The translations under genes and the position numbers were made by a program. From the human T2T-CHM13v2.0 reference genome, Homo sapiens: a stretch of 64,000 bases of DNA. The stretch is from NCBI RefSeq assembly GCF_009914755.1, contig NC_060936.1. One strand, given 5' to 3'. Below are positions 39,821 to 56,433 of the stretch, in pieces (the stretch's first letter is position 1; each line of letters begins with the position of its first letter). The notes beneath the pieces were generated by a model. It saw only the letters and a program-made list of their open reading frames with translations, made no database searches and had not been told where the DNA came from.

Positions 39821-42813
39821 TTTAGCGTTTGCAGAGCATTTTCCCAGGTGTTATCCCATTTAATCCTGACCATAATTTTGCAGGGAGGCTTTATTATCTT
39901 CATTTTCAGGGGAGGAAGCAAAGGAATAGAGCTCCATGCTTTTCCTCTCCCCGCTAGCTTTCTGAAGCAGTGCTAACAACCTATATTTGTCATGACTTGA
40001 TGAAAATAGTTAATGGCACATCACTAATTCAATTTGTAATAATGGCAGCTGATGAAAATGTTGTTACACTCTTGAAGAACAAGGGCTGTTATGTTTTTAT
40101 ACTGCAAAGAGTGGGTACTCAAAACTTTTTTGCTGATTTTCTTTTTACTTTTATCATGTCATCTCACCCATAAAGTCTCTAAATACCTAAGTCTCAAAGT
40201 GGAAGGATGTCTTGGTGCTGAACATAAGTATCCAAAACTCAAGTATCCAGGATGCAAATGCTACAAACTTGAAGAGAACCTTGGGAGAGCTGCATTAATA
40301 GATTAACTAAATTTCCTACAGTTATGCTGGCTTTTTTTCCCAAGTACTTTTCACCTATACTGTGTACCAGGAGCAATGATTCTGATGAAACATTATTAAG
40401 GTTGTCTGAATGCGAGTAAGTTTCTGTGTGTATTTCCTTTTGCAAAACCAACTTCTTTTTCTGATCCTTTATAAGTCTCAGCAAACCATTATTAAATAAT
40501 GGTCAAGATGTGCGGGCTATTTTACAGACTATTTTCTGATTTAATATTAGACCTGATTTTTAGCCATTTTATATAAAATACTAAGCTTCATTGTTGAATT
40601 GTATAACCACATAGTTTAAAATGGTAGACATTATGATTCTGAAAACTGAAACATTATTTTTGAAGAAATGGGAGTAAGGAAAAGAGCTTCAGGGGGTCTT
40701 TGAACTTACATTTCTATGGTTTCAGATTTCAGATTCAATTATTCCTAACTTAATAATAATTTAACCAAGGGTATAACTGTATTATCAAGAAGTTTTCATA
40801 TAAACAAATAAAACCTTTTAAGAATACATGACATGTAAATAATTATAAAAAACAACCAAAGACTATGTTCTAAGGGGTTTATGGCCCATAAAAGTTTCTA
40901 TGTGTTAATGAAGGTTGAATCTGTAAACCTTCATTCAACAAACATTTATTTTGCATCTATGATGTGCTAGGCACTATACTAGCACCAACTCAGTACACCA
41001 TACCAAGAGGCTGACTATAGCTGAACAACCATACTGAAACCTGATATGAATCAGCACAGTTTAGTGTAACCGTATTCTTGGTCCTGCTGTGGCTAAGGCC
41101 ATTCTGATTGACGGAGCTATGGAAAGCCCATTTTTCTAAGTACTTACGTAATAAAACAGGGCTGTTGAGGGGCTGGGGGGAAGTAGAGATGAAAAGGAAA
41201 CATCTACTGTACAATTACTGTGAATCAAACACTTGCATTTCCTCATTTACTTTTCACAATGACCTTGAAGTAGGCTTCAGTAACTCCCTATTACGCATGA
41301 AAACACTAAGAATCGAAGACTTCAAGCAGTGAACTTCAGACACACCACTAGGAAATGAGAGAGCCAGGTTTTAACCCCATTTCACCCTCAAATCATGGAC
41401 CTGGCCTTTGGACTGCTACCCAGAGCAAGTGGTTACATGTAAATGTTTTAATATACTCCATAGGACCATCGTCTACATCTATCTACCCCATCCGTGGACC
41501 TGCCCTTTTCTGCCATACACCCCTGTCACCTTCTACTCTCCTAGGTTGGCCTGTCACACTCTTGAAATTTAAGGAAAGCAAGCATGTGATCTATGAAGCT
41601 ACAGAAGCCATCAATGACTGATAAAGTATTAATGGCTGATCACTCTGGTTTACTTCACCAGTAAAGCAATTGACAGCTGTCCATTAGATCTAAAGAAATG
41701 AACGTCTAATACCGGAATTTCAGAAATTCTTAACAAGCCAATGGCGTAAAGGTTTTAGTGAAGAAGGCCTTTTAGAACCCTTAACATCATACCTCATTAA
41801 AAGATTTTACTATAGTTGTAAGCAACAAAAGTAGATTTTTTAAAAGTATTTTTAGTATTATCTCAATTATGAAAAGGACAAAAATAGAGGCCAAAAGGCC
41901 TGTAGAATATATATCAGAATATTACTGCAATAAGAGTATAAGTGACTTTTCTCCCCACTTCTTTATGTTTTTCTATATTTTCCCTTTTTTTTTTCCTTTT
42001 AACATAAGCATGTATTACCTTGGCCATCAGGGAAAGAAAATTAAAAGCAAGGAAAAAATATTCCCACAAGGCAAGTGTCCATTCTAGCACCAGGAAAGGC
42101 AGCTTGGAGGGAAATGCCGTGGATGTACTGTGCCCACAGAGATAAAGCCTTACACAGCCAGGAATATTTTGAAGCAAGCACTGCTGGCAGAAACATTGAG
42201 GTTTTCAACTGCATGCGGCCTTCCTGGGGACAGATGATAACATCCTGTTCTGAGTTATGGGTACATGTTGCTGAATACAAGGTCGCAGTATTCTAATCTC
42301 TTCCTCTTTTTTTCTCCCATAGTAAACAAGACTGAAGCCCATTTGAAGCCATGAATAAAAAACAGAATCAGTTGCTAAACCCTGCAGCCTTGAACCTGTA
42401 CCCATTATGGGACCTGAATTCCTATATGGACACAAAGAGTATGAAAATTCCAAGCCCAGAACTTGAGCAAACACTGAAATGAGGCTCTTGCCTTTCCCAG
42501 GGCTCCACAGAGGTACTCAAGATTTCTATTTGGCCCTTTAATATCTGCTTAGCCTTTCTTTTTAACATAATTTATTGTTTGTACATTATTTTCTATTTTT
42601 TCTTAATTTCCCTGAATATTTAAACACACTCATTTTAAGATTACATTCTTTTTATACTAATCTGAAGTTCCTTGGATGTAGACAGAAAGTCTACACCACT
42701 CAGAACACACATAGTAACATTATCCATTCCAAAATGTGCTCACGAAAAGTATCTATGATGCCAAAAGGAAACCAAATGAGAGAAAATCAGAAGAAAAGGA
42801 AAGGGAACAAATT

Positions 42814-43160
<347 letters not shown>

Positions 43161-43499
43161 TCAGATTACTACAAAGAAAATGCAATTTTAAAAAGAGTAT
43201 GTTTAAACAGTCAAGAAGATAAAGTAGAAGATGCCCAAAGTATAGGCATCTTTATGACTCACAGGCCCTCATGAAAGAACTACCAGAGGATACACACTGG
43301 CAAGAAACAAAATGAATCCCATAAGCAAAGGGAACTAAAAGCAATTATGAGCAAATAAATGAATCTAAAGGAAACATGTTGACCTTTCACATTATACAGA
43401 TATTACAGAAGTATTCAATAATATATGGTATTATAGAAGTCTCTGTGCTTTTCTATAATGTAATTATCTTTCTCAATTTTTTAAAAAAGCAATAAAAAT

Positions 43500-43850
43500 A
43501 GCAACAGTTAACATTTATAGTTGTTTACCATGTTTCAGGCACTGTACTAAGATTTTATGATGGTTTATCTCATTTATTTCCCGCAACAACCTTGCAAGAC
43601 ATATCTACTTGTTATTCTCATTTTATAGATGTCACAACTGAGGTATAGAGCAGTCATTTTTTTCAAGATCATATAGACAGCAAACAATAAAAATGAATCT
43701 GTGCGACCTAGGGAAAGTCAAAATGCAATTTCCTCATCTGTGAAACAAATATATGGATAGTTGCTCTGACCATATTCTAAGGTTATGTGAAGTTGAAATA
43801 ATACTAATACATGTTAACGTGCTTTAGAAATTGCACTGTACAACTTGAAG
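43500..43850. mobile_element. Two adjacent MIR fragments in opposite orientation
   Basis: CTCATTTTATAGATG..ACTGAGG followed by TTTCCTCATCTGTGAAA. Confidence 0.7.
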
Positions 43851-44382
43851 TTATAATAAAAATAGAATGTGTGCCAAATTTTAAGAAGGACATTTTGCCA
43901 CTAGTTAATAGATGATGACATATTTTTATTCATCCATTCAAAATATTCTTTTAATATGGCTTCAGTAGCTAAATATAATTTTGAGGTTATAAAGTAGTAG
44001 TGCATTTTTCAGTTTGCTTGCTTGTTTATTTCTGGCTCATTTTGCTCCAGAAAAAAATTTCAGGCAGCTAACAAAGGGTATACAATAATAATTAATAATA
44101 ATAATAATATTATAAAAGGACTCATCTTGTTTTTTATTTTTAAAATACAACTTAGATTTTATTTCTGAATATACACACTTTTCAAAAGCAACTTGTTATT
44201 AATTTAAAACGTAACTTTGCTCCATATGTCCTCTGTCACCACCCGTACTCCGACACACAAATTTAAGCAGCAGGAAAAGTTCATATTGTCTCTTTTAAAA
44301 CATGAAACTTGCTAATTTTCATACTGCTGTGGCATGGTTCAAGCTAATGATGTCATAATGTGATATTAAAGTAGTAACTACT

Positions 44383-44729
<347 letters not shown>

Positions 44730-45375
44730 CTAATTGGGCAGCTGACATCACAATAGTATTGCTAAAATGTTGGATTTTACTCGATTTCCATAAGAAAATG
44801 GAATCTGACACTCATTGCATGCTAATCATTGCAATTTAGTATGTCCCTTATTTATTTTGGATAAGCATTTCATTCTCAAATAAAGAATTAAGTGAGAAAA
44901 ATGAGCTAAAATTCGATAGAGACACTGGTTGGCAGCCATTTCTTTTGGCTCCCATAATACAGAATTTTTAAGCCTATAGAAAATGAGAACAGATGTAGAT
45001 AATGACACAATTTGTTATTTATGAATGCAGGTTTTCTCTGAAGATTTAGGAATTATCATGAGAACTATTCACTGAACCTCAAAAAAATCAATAAATATTA
45101 ATATCAGAATGCAAATGTTTTTACTATAATTTAAAACATGAAGAATATTTACCCATTTTGCTTTTGAAAACTCCAGGCCAGCCTGAATACTTATTAACTG
45201 TGTGTCATCAGATGATTCAGAGAGCTTCTCTGAACTACTTGAAATTCTCAAGCAAGGCAATAAGAACACATCCTCAATAAAGAAAAGCTTGTGCATTGTT
45301 CTGTCTAAATTTCCACTGGCTCTCATAGCTTAGCAAAAAAAAGGACTGAATATGTCATCAAGAAACCTGGGCTCT

Positions 45376-45712
45376 GGCTAAGTGCAGTGTAATTCCTGTA
45401 ATGTCTGTAATTCCGGCACTTCGGGAGGTTGAGGCGTGCGGATCACTTGATGTCGGGAGTTCAAGACCAGCCTGGCCAGCATGGTGAAACCCTGTCTCTA
45501 CTAAACATACAAATATTACCCAGGTGTGGTAGCAGGCACCTATAATCCCAGTTGCTGGAGAGGCCGGGGTGGGAGAAGTGCTTGAGCCTTGGAGGCAGAG
45601 GTTGCAGTGAGCTGAGATTGTGCCGCTGCTCTCCAGCCTGGGTGGCCAAGTGAGACTCTGTCTTAAAGAAAAGAAAAAAAAAAAAAAAAGGGAGAATCTG
45701 TCTTTAAAAAAA
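45376..45712 (+). mobile_element. Old Alu (J/early S) with rearranged ends
   Basis: Dimer with triplicated TGTAAT; TSD AAG(A/G)AACCTGGG. Confidence 0.9.
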
Positions 45713-46048
45713 AGGAACCTGGGATCAAATATTAGCCTTACCACTTAATAGCCCTTTGTGATTTCAGGTAAGTTCCTTAAACATGAGTTACATTTTCCAC
45801 ATCTATAAAACGACAATAATGATACCTCCTGCAAAGGGTTATTTGAAGATAAAATGAGAACAGAACCTTGTATACAGTTAATTAAATCTAATTTAGAAGT
45901 AAGAATATTCAACAAAATTATTAATTAACCTTTGGGAATTCTATTTTGACTAATATGAAGCTGATGACACCTATCTGATGGAAATTAAATGACAAGACAT
46001 ATGTACATATTGTCCTCAAGTTACCAGTTACGATAGTTTGTATGGGAC

Positions 46049-46140
46049 CTTCCTTTCACTTAAACACTTAGAGAACATTGTAGGTTTATTAATTGGCCTA
46101 ATTTCCATATTGTTGTGTCTCAGGTAATAGAGAGGCCCAA
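46049..46140 (-). mobile_element. 92-bp Tigger1 fragment, inverted copy of 48159-48250
   Basis: 86/92 identity, no indels; flanked by TTGTATGGGACCT direct repeats. Confidence 0.9.
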
Positions 46141-46168
46141 CACAGTTGTATGGGACCTGACTAGAAGC

Positions 46169-46202
<34 letters not shown>
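46169..46202. repeat. (AT)n microsatellite
   Basis: AT run with one GT interruption. Confidence 0.95.
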
Positions 46203-47798
46203 GCAAATCTGTTATGACAAATTGGTTCAATCTTTAATATCATGAGTTCAGAGCAATGAATTGGGTCACTAAATTTATTTAATCATTAAAAGTCTATTGC
46301 TTTTGTTGTAAGACTACTGTTTGGGACCATTCTAAGAGAAATGCAATAAAGAATTGACTTAATGAAAAATCATCCAGCTAACACACTATGCAAACATCAA
46401 AGAGCAGAGAGACTTGTTCCAAAGCTTCTTGGCAATCATTTATTCCTATCCTCTACTGAATCCAAGATGTCCTGTGTGGTGCCTCAGGCAGCTCCAGGCA
46501 ATAGGGAGAGGGAAAGTTTAGCTCCTGCTCCACTTCTTTACCTTGATTCCACCAGCACTGCCTTTACAACTTTCAAACACTGACCTTTTGTCTAAGATTA
46601 CATTTGCACAAAGGGTTTGGTTACTTATAAAAATGTTTAACTAGCTGATATTCCAACTTCCTCATTTTAGAAAGGAGGAAATTGAAGGCCAGAGAGGTGG
46701 CACAGGTCACTGAAGATTCCTTCAGAATCAGGAGCAGAAAAAAAAAATGTCCAGTCTTTTAATCCAGGTTATTTCCACCACATTGCTTTCTTGATGATAA
46801 GATTAATCCCTATCATGTACTAAATGTTGAGCATCTTACTTGGTGTTCCACCTGTATTTACCAATGAATAATTGATAAATACATTCCCTTACTTGGTGTT
46901 TTACCTGTGTTCACCAATGAATCCAGCAAAATCTCTAAATATTTGCCTCATTTGAAGATAAAGTTCAAGAATGTTAAGCAACTTACACAAGCCTACATTC
47001 AAATCCAATCTAACTGGAAATCCTGTACATGTATTTTCCAAGTTTAGATAAACTTAAATGTTTCCTGTTGGCCATCAAAACAACAGATCATCCTAAGGTG
47101 ACCCAGGGGGATAAAGAGAGAATGGGTAGTTTATTGCCAAATTTTGGCTCTACTTTTTATGTGTGCTTTATTAAAATTGAAGAACAGTGAATATAGTTAT
47201 AGAAAGACCAAATGAAAACCTTATTTGAGAATTGCTTTCATCTCTTTCTGCCCTAAGATTATCAATAATCACTTCTTATTTTATGTTGATACTATATTTT
47301 ATTAGAATAAGCATGTGGCTTTTCCAGTCTTTGATGTATCATAGATCATGCGTTTGTACATATTAATTTCTTTCCTTGTTCAAAAGGTTTGCTGCTTATA
47401 TTGCAAATCAAATTTGTACATGTGCTCACAGGAGGGGAATATTGCAAAGATGTTTTCCACTGGCATTATCATTTTTCAAGTTGCATGTTTAAACCAGTTT
47501 TCTTTATCTCTTGTATCCTTTAACTCAGATACATAATGTAGTTTTAGCATAATTGTGATACAACTCTGTTTTTGTCCTGTTTTGTTTTTTTTCAAATGTA
47601 AATCTGCATTTCATTTGTACAGAACATCAAGGTAAAAATATGTATGTAGTTCTTAAAAATCTCTATAATATGAAACTATGGCAGATAGATCTAAAAAGAG
47701 GCTATAAACAGAAAAGTAATATGTAAATGCAATCAAATTTTAAAAGAGAATGACAATAATATTATACTGAATAGAGTGGGGTAACCAGAAAGAGAACA

Positions 47799-50532
47799 CA
47801 AGTATATCTCGTTTTATTCACCTTGCTCTATTGTGCTTCACAGATACTGCATTTTTTACTAATTGAAGCTTTGTGGCAATCCTTCGCCCAACAAGTCAGT
47901 TGGCACCATTTTTCAAACAGCATGTGCTCACTTCATATCTCTGTGTCACATTTTCATAATTCTCAAAATATTTAAACCTTTTCCCTTATTGTCATATCTG
48001 TTATGGGTAATCTGTGATTAGTGATATTTGGTGTTGCTATTGTAATTGTTCTGGGGCACTGTAAACCTCACCAATCTGACAGCAAATGCAGTGGGTAAAT
48101 ATTGTATGTGTTCTGATTGCTGCACCATCTGGCTGTTCTCCCATCTCTCTCCCTTGCCTTGGGCCTCCCTATTGCCTGAGACACAACAATACGGAAATTA
48201 GGCCAATTAATAAACCTACAATGTCCTCTAAATATTTAAGTGAAAGGAAGAATCACACAGCTTTCACTATAAATCAAAAGCTAGAAATGATTAGCCTTAC
48301 TGAGAAAAGCATGTGGAAAGCTGCAACAGGCCAAAAGCGAAGTCTCTTGTGCCAAACAATCAAGTTGTAAAGGTAAAGGAAAAGTTCTTGAAGAAAATTC
48401 CAAGTGCTATTCCAGTGAACATGCGAATGATAAGAAAGAAAAACAGCTTTATTGCTGATAGGGAGAGTTTTAGTGGTCTGGATACAAGATCAAACCAGTC
48501 ACACCATTCCCTTAAACTAAAGCCTAATCTAGAGAAAAGCTCTAACTCTCTGCAATTTTATGAAGCCTGAAAGAGATGAGGAAGCTGCAGAAGAAAATTT
48601 GTAAGCTAGTAGAGGTTGCTTCGTGAGATTTAAGGAAAGAATCCACCTCCATAACATAAAAGCACAAGGTGAAGTAGTAAGTGCTTGATGGAGAATTTGC
48701 AGCAAGTGATCCAGAAGATCTAGCTAAGATCGTTGATGAAGGCGGCTATACCAAACAACAGATTTTCAATGCAGATGAAACAGCCTTATATTAGAAGAAA
48801 TGCCTTTTAGGACTTTCATAGCTAGAAAGGAAAAGTCAATGCCTGACTTCAAAGCTCCAAAGGACAGGCTTACTCTATTGTTAGGGGTTAACACAGCTAG
48901 TAACTTTTTGAGTTGAAACCAGTGCTCATCTACCATTTCAAAAATTCTTGTGTCTGTAAAAATCATGCTAAATTGACTCTCTCTGTGTTCTATAAATAAA
49001 ACTACAAAGTCTGGATGACAGCACATCTGTTTACAGCATGACTTACTGAAATATTTTAAGCCATCTGTTGAGACCTATTGCTCAGGAAAAAAAAAAAAAC
49101 TCCTTTCAAAATATTGCTGTTCATTGACAATGCACCTGGTCACCCAAGAGCTCTGATGGAGATGTACATGGAAATTAATGTTATTTTCATGCCTGCTAAT
49201 ACAACATCCATTCTACAATCCATGAGTCAAAGAGTAATTTTGACTTTTAAGTATTATTACTTAAGAAATACATTTCAAGGCCACAAGTGGTGACTCATGC
49301 CACCTCTCTTTTGAGGGCAGAGGTGGGAGGATTGCTTGAGGCCAGGAGTTTGAAACCAGCCTGGGCAACATCTATACAAAAAAAATTAAAAAAAAAATTA
49401 TCCAGGCACAGTGGCACATGCCTATAGTCCCAGCTAATTGGTAGGCTGAAGCAGAAGGATTGCTTGAGCCCAGTAGTTCAAGACTGCAGTGAGCTATAAT
49501 CATGCCACTGTATTTCAGGCTGGGTGATAGAGGGGAGATCTCATCTCTTGAAAAAGACAAAAAAAAAAGAAATACGTTTCATAAGGTTATCGTTGACATA
49601 GATAGTGACTCCTTTAATGAATCTGGGCTAAGTACATTGAAAATCTTTTGGAAATGATTCACCATTCTAGATGCCCTTAAGAATACCCATAATTCATGGA
49701 AGAAAGTCAAATATCAATATGAATAGGTGTTTGAAAAAGCTGATTCCAGCTCTCATGGATAACTTTGAGGGATTCGTGGCTTGAGTAGAGGAAGTAACTG
49801 CAGATGTGGAGGAAAGAATAAGAGAATTCGAATTAGAAGTGGAGTCTGAAGATGCAACTGAATTGCTGCAATTTCATGGTAAAACTGGAATGGATGAGGA
49901 GTTGCTACTCATATATGAGTGAAAAAAGTGATTTCTTGAGAAGGAAACTACTTCTGGGGAAGATGTTGTGAACATGGTTGAAATGACAACATAGGATTTA
50001 CAGTGTTACATAAACTTAGTTGATAAAGCAGTGGCAGGGTTTAAGATTGACTTCAATCTTGAAAGAAGTTCTACTATGAGTAAAATGCTATCAAACACTA
50101 TCACAGGCTACAGAGAAATCTTTCGTGAAAGCAAGAGTGAATCAATGCAGCAAACTTTACAGTTGTCTTATTTTAAGAAACGTTACAGTCACCCCAACCT
50201 TCAGCAACCACCATCCTGATCATTTGGCAGCCATCAACATTGAGGTAAAACCCTCCACCAGCATACACTAGGATTTGCTGAAAGCTCAAATAATCATTAG
50301 CATTTTTTAGCCAGAAAGTATTTTTTAAATTAAGGGATGTACACTGCCTTTTAGGAAAAAATGCTATTGCATGCTTAATACACTCGAGTGCTGTGTAAAC
50401 ATAACTTTTAAATGCACTGGGAAGCCAAAATATTTTGTGACTCACTTTATTGTGATATTCTTTTTGTTGTTGCTGTTGTTGCTTTTTGCTGTGATCTGGA
50501 ACTGAACCCAGAATATCTTCAAGGTATGCCTG
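47799..50532 (+). mobile_element. Full-length Tigger1 DNA transposon with dead pogo-like transposase
   Basis: TIRs CAAGTATATCTC ... AAGGTATGCCTG|TA; ATG at 48221; remnants IFNADETA and [13 protein letters not shown]; many stops and frameshifts. Confidence 0.95.
49279..49568 (+). mobile_element. AluJ inserted in Tigger1
   Basis: GGAGGATTGCTTGAG diagnostic; TSD AAGAAATAC(A/G)TTTCA. Confidence 0.92.
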
Positions 50533-50575
50533 TATTTTTATCTTATTATTATTTAAACCTTTAAAACAATCTTTT

Positions 50576-51603
50576 ATTGACAAATGGGATCTAATTAAAC
50601 TAAAGAGCTACATCACAGCAAAAGAAACTATCATAAACAGGCAAGCTACAGAATGGGAGGAAATTTTTGCAATCTACCCATCTGACAAAGGTCTAATATC
50701 CAGAATCTGCAAGGAATTTAAACAAATTTACAAGAAAAAAACAACCCCATCAAAATTGGGTGAAGGATATGAACAGACACTTCTCAAAAGAAGACATTTA
50801 TGCAGCCAACAAACATGAAAAAAAGCTCATCATCACTGGTCATTAGAGAAATGCAAATCAAAACCACAATGAGATACCACCTCATGCCAGTTAGAATGAC
50901 AATTATTAAAAAGTCAGGAAACAACAGATGCTGCAGAGGATGTGGAGAAATAGGAACACTTTTACAGTGTTGGTGGGAGTGTAAATTAGTTCAGCCATTG
51001 TGGAAGACAGTGTGGCTATTCCTCAAGGATCCAGAACAAGAAATACCATTTGACCCAGCCATCCCATTACTGGGTGTATACCCAAAGGATTATAAATAAT
51101 TCAACTATAAAGACACATGCACACATGTGTTTATTGCAGCACTACTTAAAATAGCAAAGACTTGAAACCAACCCAAATGCCCATCAATGATAGACTGGAT
51201 AAAGAAAATGTAGCATGTATACACCATGGAATACTATGCAGCCATAAAAAAGAATGAGTTCATGTCCTTTGCAGGGACTTGGATGAAGCTGGAAGCCATC
51301 ATTCTCAGCAAACTAACACAGGAACAGAAAACCAAACACCGCATGTTCTCACTCATAATTGGGAGCCAAACAATGAGAACACATGGACACAGGGAGGGGA
51401 ACATCACACACCAGGGCCTGTCAGGGGGTTAGGGGAAAGGAGAGGGAGAGCATTAGGACAAATACCTAATTCATGCGAGGCTTAAAATCTAGGTGATGGG
51501 TTGGTAGGTGCAGCAAACCACCATGGCATATGTATACCTATGTGACAAACCTGCATGTTCTGCACATGTATCCCAGAACATTAAGAAAAAATTAAAAAAA
51601 AAA
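50576..51603 (+). mobile_element. L1PA8-10-like 3' fragment
   Basis: ORF2 C-terminus [29 protein letters not shown], 3'UTR and A tail. Confidence 0.95.
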
Positions 51604-51609
51604 TTAGTA

Positions 51610-53860
<2,251 letters not shown>

Positions 53861-53961
53861 AAGTGTTTCTGATCTAACTAAATATGCAATATTATTATTT
53901 ATTTTCCTATCTATGCCTACTTACTATTTTTAAAAGTATAAGAGAGTTCTTAGTAGGCCCA

Positions 53962-54345
53962 TGTGATGGTTAATTTTAGGTGTCAACTTGACTGAGTTAA
54001 GAGATACCCAGATAGCTGATGAAACATTAATTTTGAGTGTGTTGATGACAGTATTTCTGGAGATCGGCATTTCAATCAGTGGACTTAATGAGCAAAACCC
54101 ACACTCATCCAATGTGGGCAGGAACCATGCAATCAGCTGAGGCCCTAGAAAGAACTAAAAGGTAGAGGAAAAGCAAATTCTCATTCACTCTGTCTTGTGA
54201 ACATGTGACAACATTCTTCTCTTGCTCTTGAACATCAGAACTCCACATTCTCTGGCCTTTGGTCTCCAGAACTTGCATCAGCGGCCCCCAGTTTCTCAGG
54301 CCTTTACCTTGGACATAGTGTTACACCATTGGCTTTTCTGGTCCC
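53962..54345 (+). mobile_element. MLT2 (HERVL) LTR, 3'-truncated
   Basis: TGTGATGGTTAATTTTAGGTGTCAACTTGACTG start. Confidence 0.88.
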
Positions 54346-54559
54346 AAGTCTATTTAAAGTAGATGGAGAGAGGAAATGCAACACCTTGGCCTAAGAATCT
54401 AGACGAACTTTACAACAATCCCTCTACCTTCGCACAATATATTATGAAAATGGAAAATCAAATTTGAGAAAACTGATAATTACCTGAACAAAATCATGCA
54501 GTCAGGGGAATTAAAATGCACTTGGAGAATAGGAAGTAGGCCGCAAATAGGTATGTCTC

Positions 54560-54985
54560 TGCATCCAGGAACATTAGAAACAAGGCCAGAGAAACAGACA
54601 AATTAGACCATGTTGTGCAGTTGCCAATCAGATGTGAAAGTCTCCCATCAGCTAAAGGACTCAAATTGAGAGGCAATAAGAAAACAATAAAAATTCTGTG
54701 AAGGAGAGTGACATAGAGAAAGTGATCCTTTAAGAAAATGTGTCCGGTGGTCAGTTGGCAACAGATGGAAGGTAAGAGAATCCAGAAGTAGGGAAATGGA
54801 ATAATAAATTAGTATAATAGTCTAGGAGTAAAAGGGTCAAGGCCTGCATTGCAATGCTAGCAATGCAACTAGGAGGAAATGGGAACAACTTGGGAGACAT
54901 TGTAGACAATTCCTAAGGCTGGTTGACTGATTTGATAAGCGTGGTGGAGGGAAAGGAGAAATCAAATGCACAAGGCTTCGTGCTG
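54560..54985 (-). mobile_element. L2 fragment
   Basis: GGAGAGTGACATAG..CTTTAAGAAAATG pattern. Confidence 0.55.
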
Positions 54986-55729
54986 CTATCATAGGGGCCC
55001 AATTTTCTCACTAGTATCTTCAATTCTTCCTTGTCCAAGACTTTTCTCGTTTCTGCTTTTAAACTTGCCCGTGCTTGAATTAGCATAAATGTTTGGAAAA
55101 GATAAAAAAACATTTATCTTCGAAATGTTTTTGAGGTAAACCATCTCTGAAATAAGAACTTGTTTTCCAGCCAAAACTCAATTTGTATTAAAACTGTTGT
55201 TTAAACATTCTGTCCAAACATGACAGATGTTGGAATCAATTGGTTTGCAAGTCTTTATTTTTTTCCCTCAGCTTCAATAAACAAAATCTTCTTAAGTTAT
55301 TTTCCATCAAATACATTTACTAAATGTTCAAAATGCATATAGACCTCTATAAAGTTAATTGAAAATCAAATTCTTGGCCTTGAAAAACTAAAAAGAAAGG
55401 TAACATGGACATAACTTTTTCAACATGCTTTAAAAGATACAAGAGTATATTTTTTAAAAGCCTAAAGACACAGCAATAAAAGAATTTTCTTTTGTAGTTA
55501 CCTCTCTAAATTTTTTACTAACTTTTTTCCTAAGGTTCCAAAGAAATTTTAGAATAATTTTCATAATAAGATTTTGTATTTGCTATAGGTAATACTGTAT
55601 AAGTCAAATGAGTCTGAGGCTGTTTCTACATATTACCATGAACAATAAATATTTATTGACACTCTCCTTGATGAAGATAATGAGACTAACAACAGGCTAA
55701 ATTTAATCAATACAAAAGGAATTTAGAAG

Positions 55730-55900
55730 TAAAACTCAGCCCTAAGGCCCCCTGGCTCGTTTCTACCTATTTACTCATCTATAAACTAGGACTTATAATA
55801 GAATCTAGCTTTTAGGATTGTGGGGATTAAATGAAATGATATGTATAAAGTACATAGTATGGTTCCTTGTACATAGTAAAGATTCAATAAATATTGCCTA
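55730..55900 (+). mobile_element. MIR
   Basis: GGATTGTGGGGATTAAATGA ... TCAATAAATATT. Confidence 0.7.
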
Positions 55901-56120
55901 ATATGATTATGCTATTAATCTGTTTCATTTATTATCTACTTATATTTTATTAATTATCCTTCTATGTCAACTACTTATTAGGATCTTAATATTTTAATTT
56001 AAATGTAGTGTTCTTTGTGTACTAAAATATTAATGTTTGATTATATTTATAGCAAATTCATTTCTAACTTTTTTGTCTTTCAAAAAATTTGATAGGCATT
56101 TGATAATATTGCATTTCTTC

Positions 56121-56433
56121 TTTTATTTTACTTATTTATTTATTTATTTTTGAGATGGCGTCTCCTCCGTCGCCCAGGCTGGAGTGCAGTGGCGCATCTC
56201 GGCTCACTGCAAGCTCCACCTCCCGAGTTCACGCCACTCTCCTGCCTCAGCCTCCTGAGTAGCTGGGGCTACGGGTGCCCGCCACCACGCCAGGCTAATT
56301 TTTTGTATTTTTTTCAGTAGAGATGAGGTTTCACCATGTTAGCCAGGATGGTCTCAATTTCCTGACCTCGCGATCCGCCCGCCTGGGCTCCCCAAAGCGC
56401 TGGCATTACAGGCGTGAGCCACCGCACCCGGCC
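56121..56433 (-). mobile_element. AluY
   Basis: CTGCAAGCTCC, TTAGCCAGGATGGTCTC, CpG-rich; (TTTA)n tail. Confidence 0.95.

Noticed and set aside
40907-40935. 10-bp hairpin AATGAAGGTT...AACCTTCATT
   Set aside because: Short; expected by chance or from local slippage in 64 kb of AT-rich DNA
41900-42480. Cluster of 70-90 aa ORFs in unique sequence
   Set aside because: No recognisable homology or consistent splice signals
48086-50219. Transposase ORFs as a domesticated TIGD-like gene
   Set aside because: Fragmented by stops, frameshifts and an Alu insertion
50800-51432. L1 ORF2-like ORFs
   Set aside because: 5'-truncated L1 with in-frame stops
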